A stretch of DNA of 64,000 nt, taken from Selaginella moellendorffii (Eukaryota > Plantae > Lycopodiophyta). The first letter of the stretch is position 1; the number at the start of each line of letters is the position of its first letter. Positions 62,416 to 64,000 of this stretch are shown here, piece after piece. The position numbers and the translations under genes are program-made. A model generated the notes under the pieces. It was not told the DNA's origin. It saw only the letters and a list, made by a program, of their open reading frames with translations, and searched no databases. The stretch spans positions 933,038 to 997,037 of the forward strand of contig NW_003314295.1 in NCBI RefSeq assembly GCF_000143415.4, given 5' to 3'.

Positions 62416-62980
62416 TAAGGTTTTCTTCAGAAAGTTGAGGATATAATCCAGATGAATGTTTGACTAAGAAAAACTGGCTAATGTAGTTGTGGTAAACAAC
62501 TATAGTTGGCATCACAGGAAAGATAAAGACTCCAAAACAATAAAGGAGTCACAAGATTATCCTCATATAGTTGAGGCTAATGCTCATGAAATTAAGACTG
62601 AAATTAATGATCGTGAGAGGTCAAATATGGATGAGGACACAAGTCCTTGAAATGGTAGCCAGGGCTACTTTTTAAATGTTAGACAAGGAGATAGGGGTGT
62701 ACTTAGAGGATGACTTAGTATTCTCATCATAGGGACGAATAGTTCTAATGGGCAAAGGTAGCTCACAGGGAATGGAAAATAATCAAGTGTTGGAGTAACA
62801 CTTTCAAAGATGGTCCTTATGAGTAGGACACGAATATAAGAAGTTGTATTCCAGAAAGCTGACACCTCAAAAGTAGGACCTTACAGGTCATTGGATTCGC
62901 AAAGTCCAAAGATGCTAGATGACTCAGGTAGAGTCAAGAATGGTCCTAAGGGATTGGTAAAAGCATTTGGACTGAGGTGC

Positions 62981-63721
62981 TGTAAGCAACCAAAGGGAAC
63001 GATTCGAGAGACGATCCGTTGGGGTTCAAATATAAAGGGAAAGGGCCCATGAACAAGAGTGCACCCCCTTTTCCAATCGGTTAAGGGTCTTGGGATACTT
63101 GGGGTTAAGCGTCCTTGGGTTTGAATAGTACTGGGCTGGGTGACCTCTCGGGAAGTCCAAACCCAGGAGCTTACATTTGGTATCGGAGCGGTCTCGGGTC
63201 CGACTCTGTTAGTTGGCTAGGGGAATCACACCACATGTTGATTGACATCTGGCTGGTCCAATTTGCTCCCGCTGGGCTCGACCCAAGGGAGAGTTGCGGC
63301 TCTCAGCTTCTGTTCACGAGGGCATGAACTTGCAAAGAAGCGTGGTGGATTATAAGCAACTAAAGGGAACCGGGTCCGACTCTGTTAGTTGGCTAGGGGA
63401 ATCACACCACATGTTGATTAACATCTGGCTGGTCCAGTTTGCTCCCGCTAGGCTTGACCCAAGGGAGAGCTGCGGCTCTCAGCTTCCGTTCACGAGGGCA
63501 TGAACTTGTAGGGAAGCGTGGTGAATTATAAGCAACTAAAGGGAACGATTCAAGAGGCGATCCGTTAGGGTTCAAATATAGAGGGAAAGGGCCCATGAAC
63601 AAGAGTGCACCCCCTTTTCCAATCGGTTAAGGGTCTTGGGATACTTGGGGTTAAGCGTCCTTGGGTTTGAATAGTACTGGGCTGGGTGACCTCCCGGGAA
63701 GTCCAAACTCAGGAGCTTACA
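62981..63721 (+). mobile_element. Cassandra-type TRIM with 5S rRNA-derived segment in its LTRs, tandem structure
   Basis: 195-bp LTRs 62981-63175 and 63527-63721, PBS TGGTATCGGAGC and TSD GGTGC. The LTR core GTTAAGCGTCCTTGGG..TAGTACTGGGCTGGGTGACCTCCCGGGAAGTCC matches the plant 5S internal control region. Confidence 0.92.
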
Positions 63722-64000
63722 GGTGCGTTGTGCCTCATGAAGGATAGGGAGGATCATAAGATTCAAGTATGAGAACAATGGGTATCTCATTAATAGCAAA
63801 ATATACTATATTAGTCGTGGGAAAGGTGTTCCTAGAAGAAAGCAACTTTGACACAAAATTGTGTGTAAACACTATAGTGCAGCGCTAACGGATAGTTGGC
63901 ATGAGAAACAACTGTATTGGTCTTGGCAAAGACCTAAACATAAGTAAGAAGTGTCATAAAAGTAGGCTCGTGGAGCTGATGGTGTGGAGATATTGAATGT

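Larger units (their letters stand above)
61086..64000 (+). mobile_element. Another family A copy (partial 5' LTR to 61905, PBS, internal region running off the window)
   Basis: Collinear with 33410-35270. TTACA is followed by TGGTATCAGAG at 61909. Confidence 0.85.

Noticed and set aside
63104-63158. 5S rRNA gene
   Set aside because: Only ~55 nt of the internal control region, embedded in LTRs, with no 5' half and no poly-T terminator.

Overview
Eukaryotic plant genomic DNA, most likely a lycophyte such as Selaginella. This is inferred from very short ~45-100 bp introns, tiny intergenic gaps, a ciliary ARL13 gene, a PLS-type PPR gene and a RAM1-like GRAS gene. Positions ~3.5-27.5 kb are a compact gene island: RAM1-like GRAS, clade-3-type catalase, PPR, fibrillin, a 3xLysM-M23 peptidase, ARL13 (with a TRIM in an intron), an intronless trans-prenyl diphosphate synthase, a nucleotide-sugar transporter, B12D, an EREX/EREL PX protein, MED22, a small COX5C-like gene and a PKS/BIG GRAIN-motif protein. 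Positions ~28-64 kb are nested transposon DNA. They hold three nested copies of one non-coding LTR family, a second LTR family, a TRIM, a MITE and a 5S-bearing Cassandra element. The most striking item is a ~12.3 kb TIR/TSD-bounded Mutator-like element (48341-60681). Besides its decayed transposase it carries a divergently transcribed ParB-like + beta-class N6/N4 DNA-methyltransferase-like gene and three copies of a small zinc-finger ORF resembling the zf-XS finger of RNA-silencing proteins. All exon boundaries and family assignments were made by eye, without database searches.
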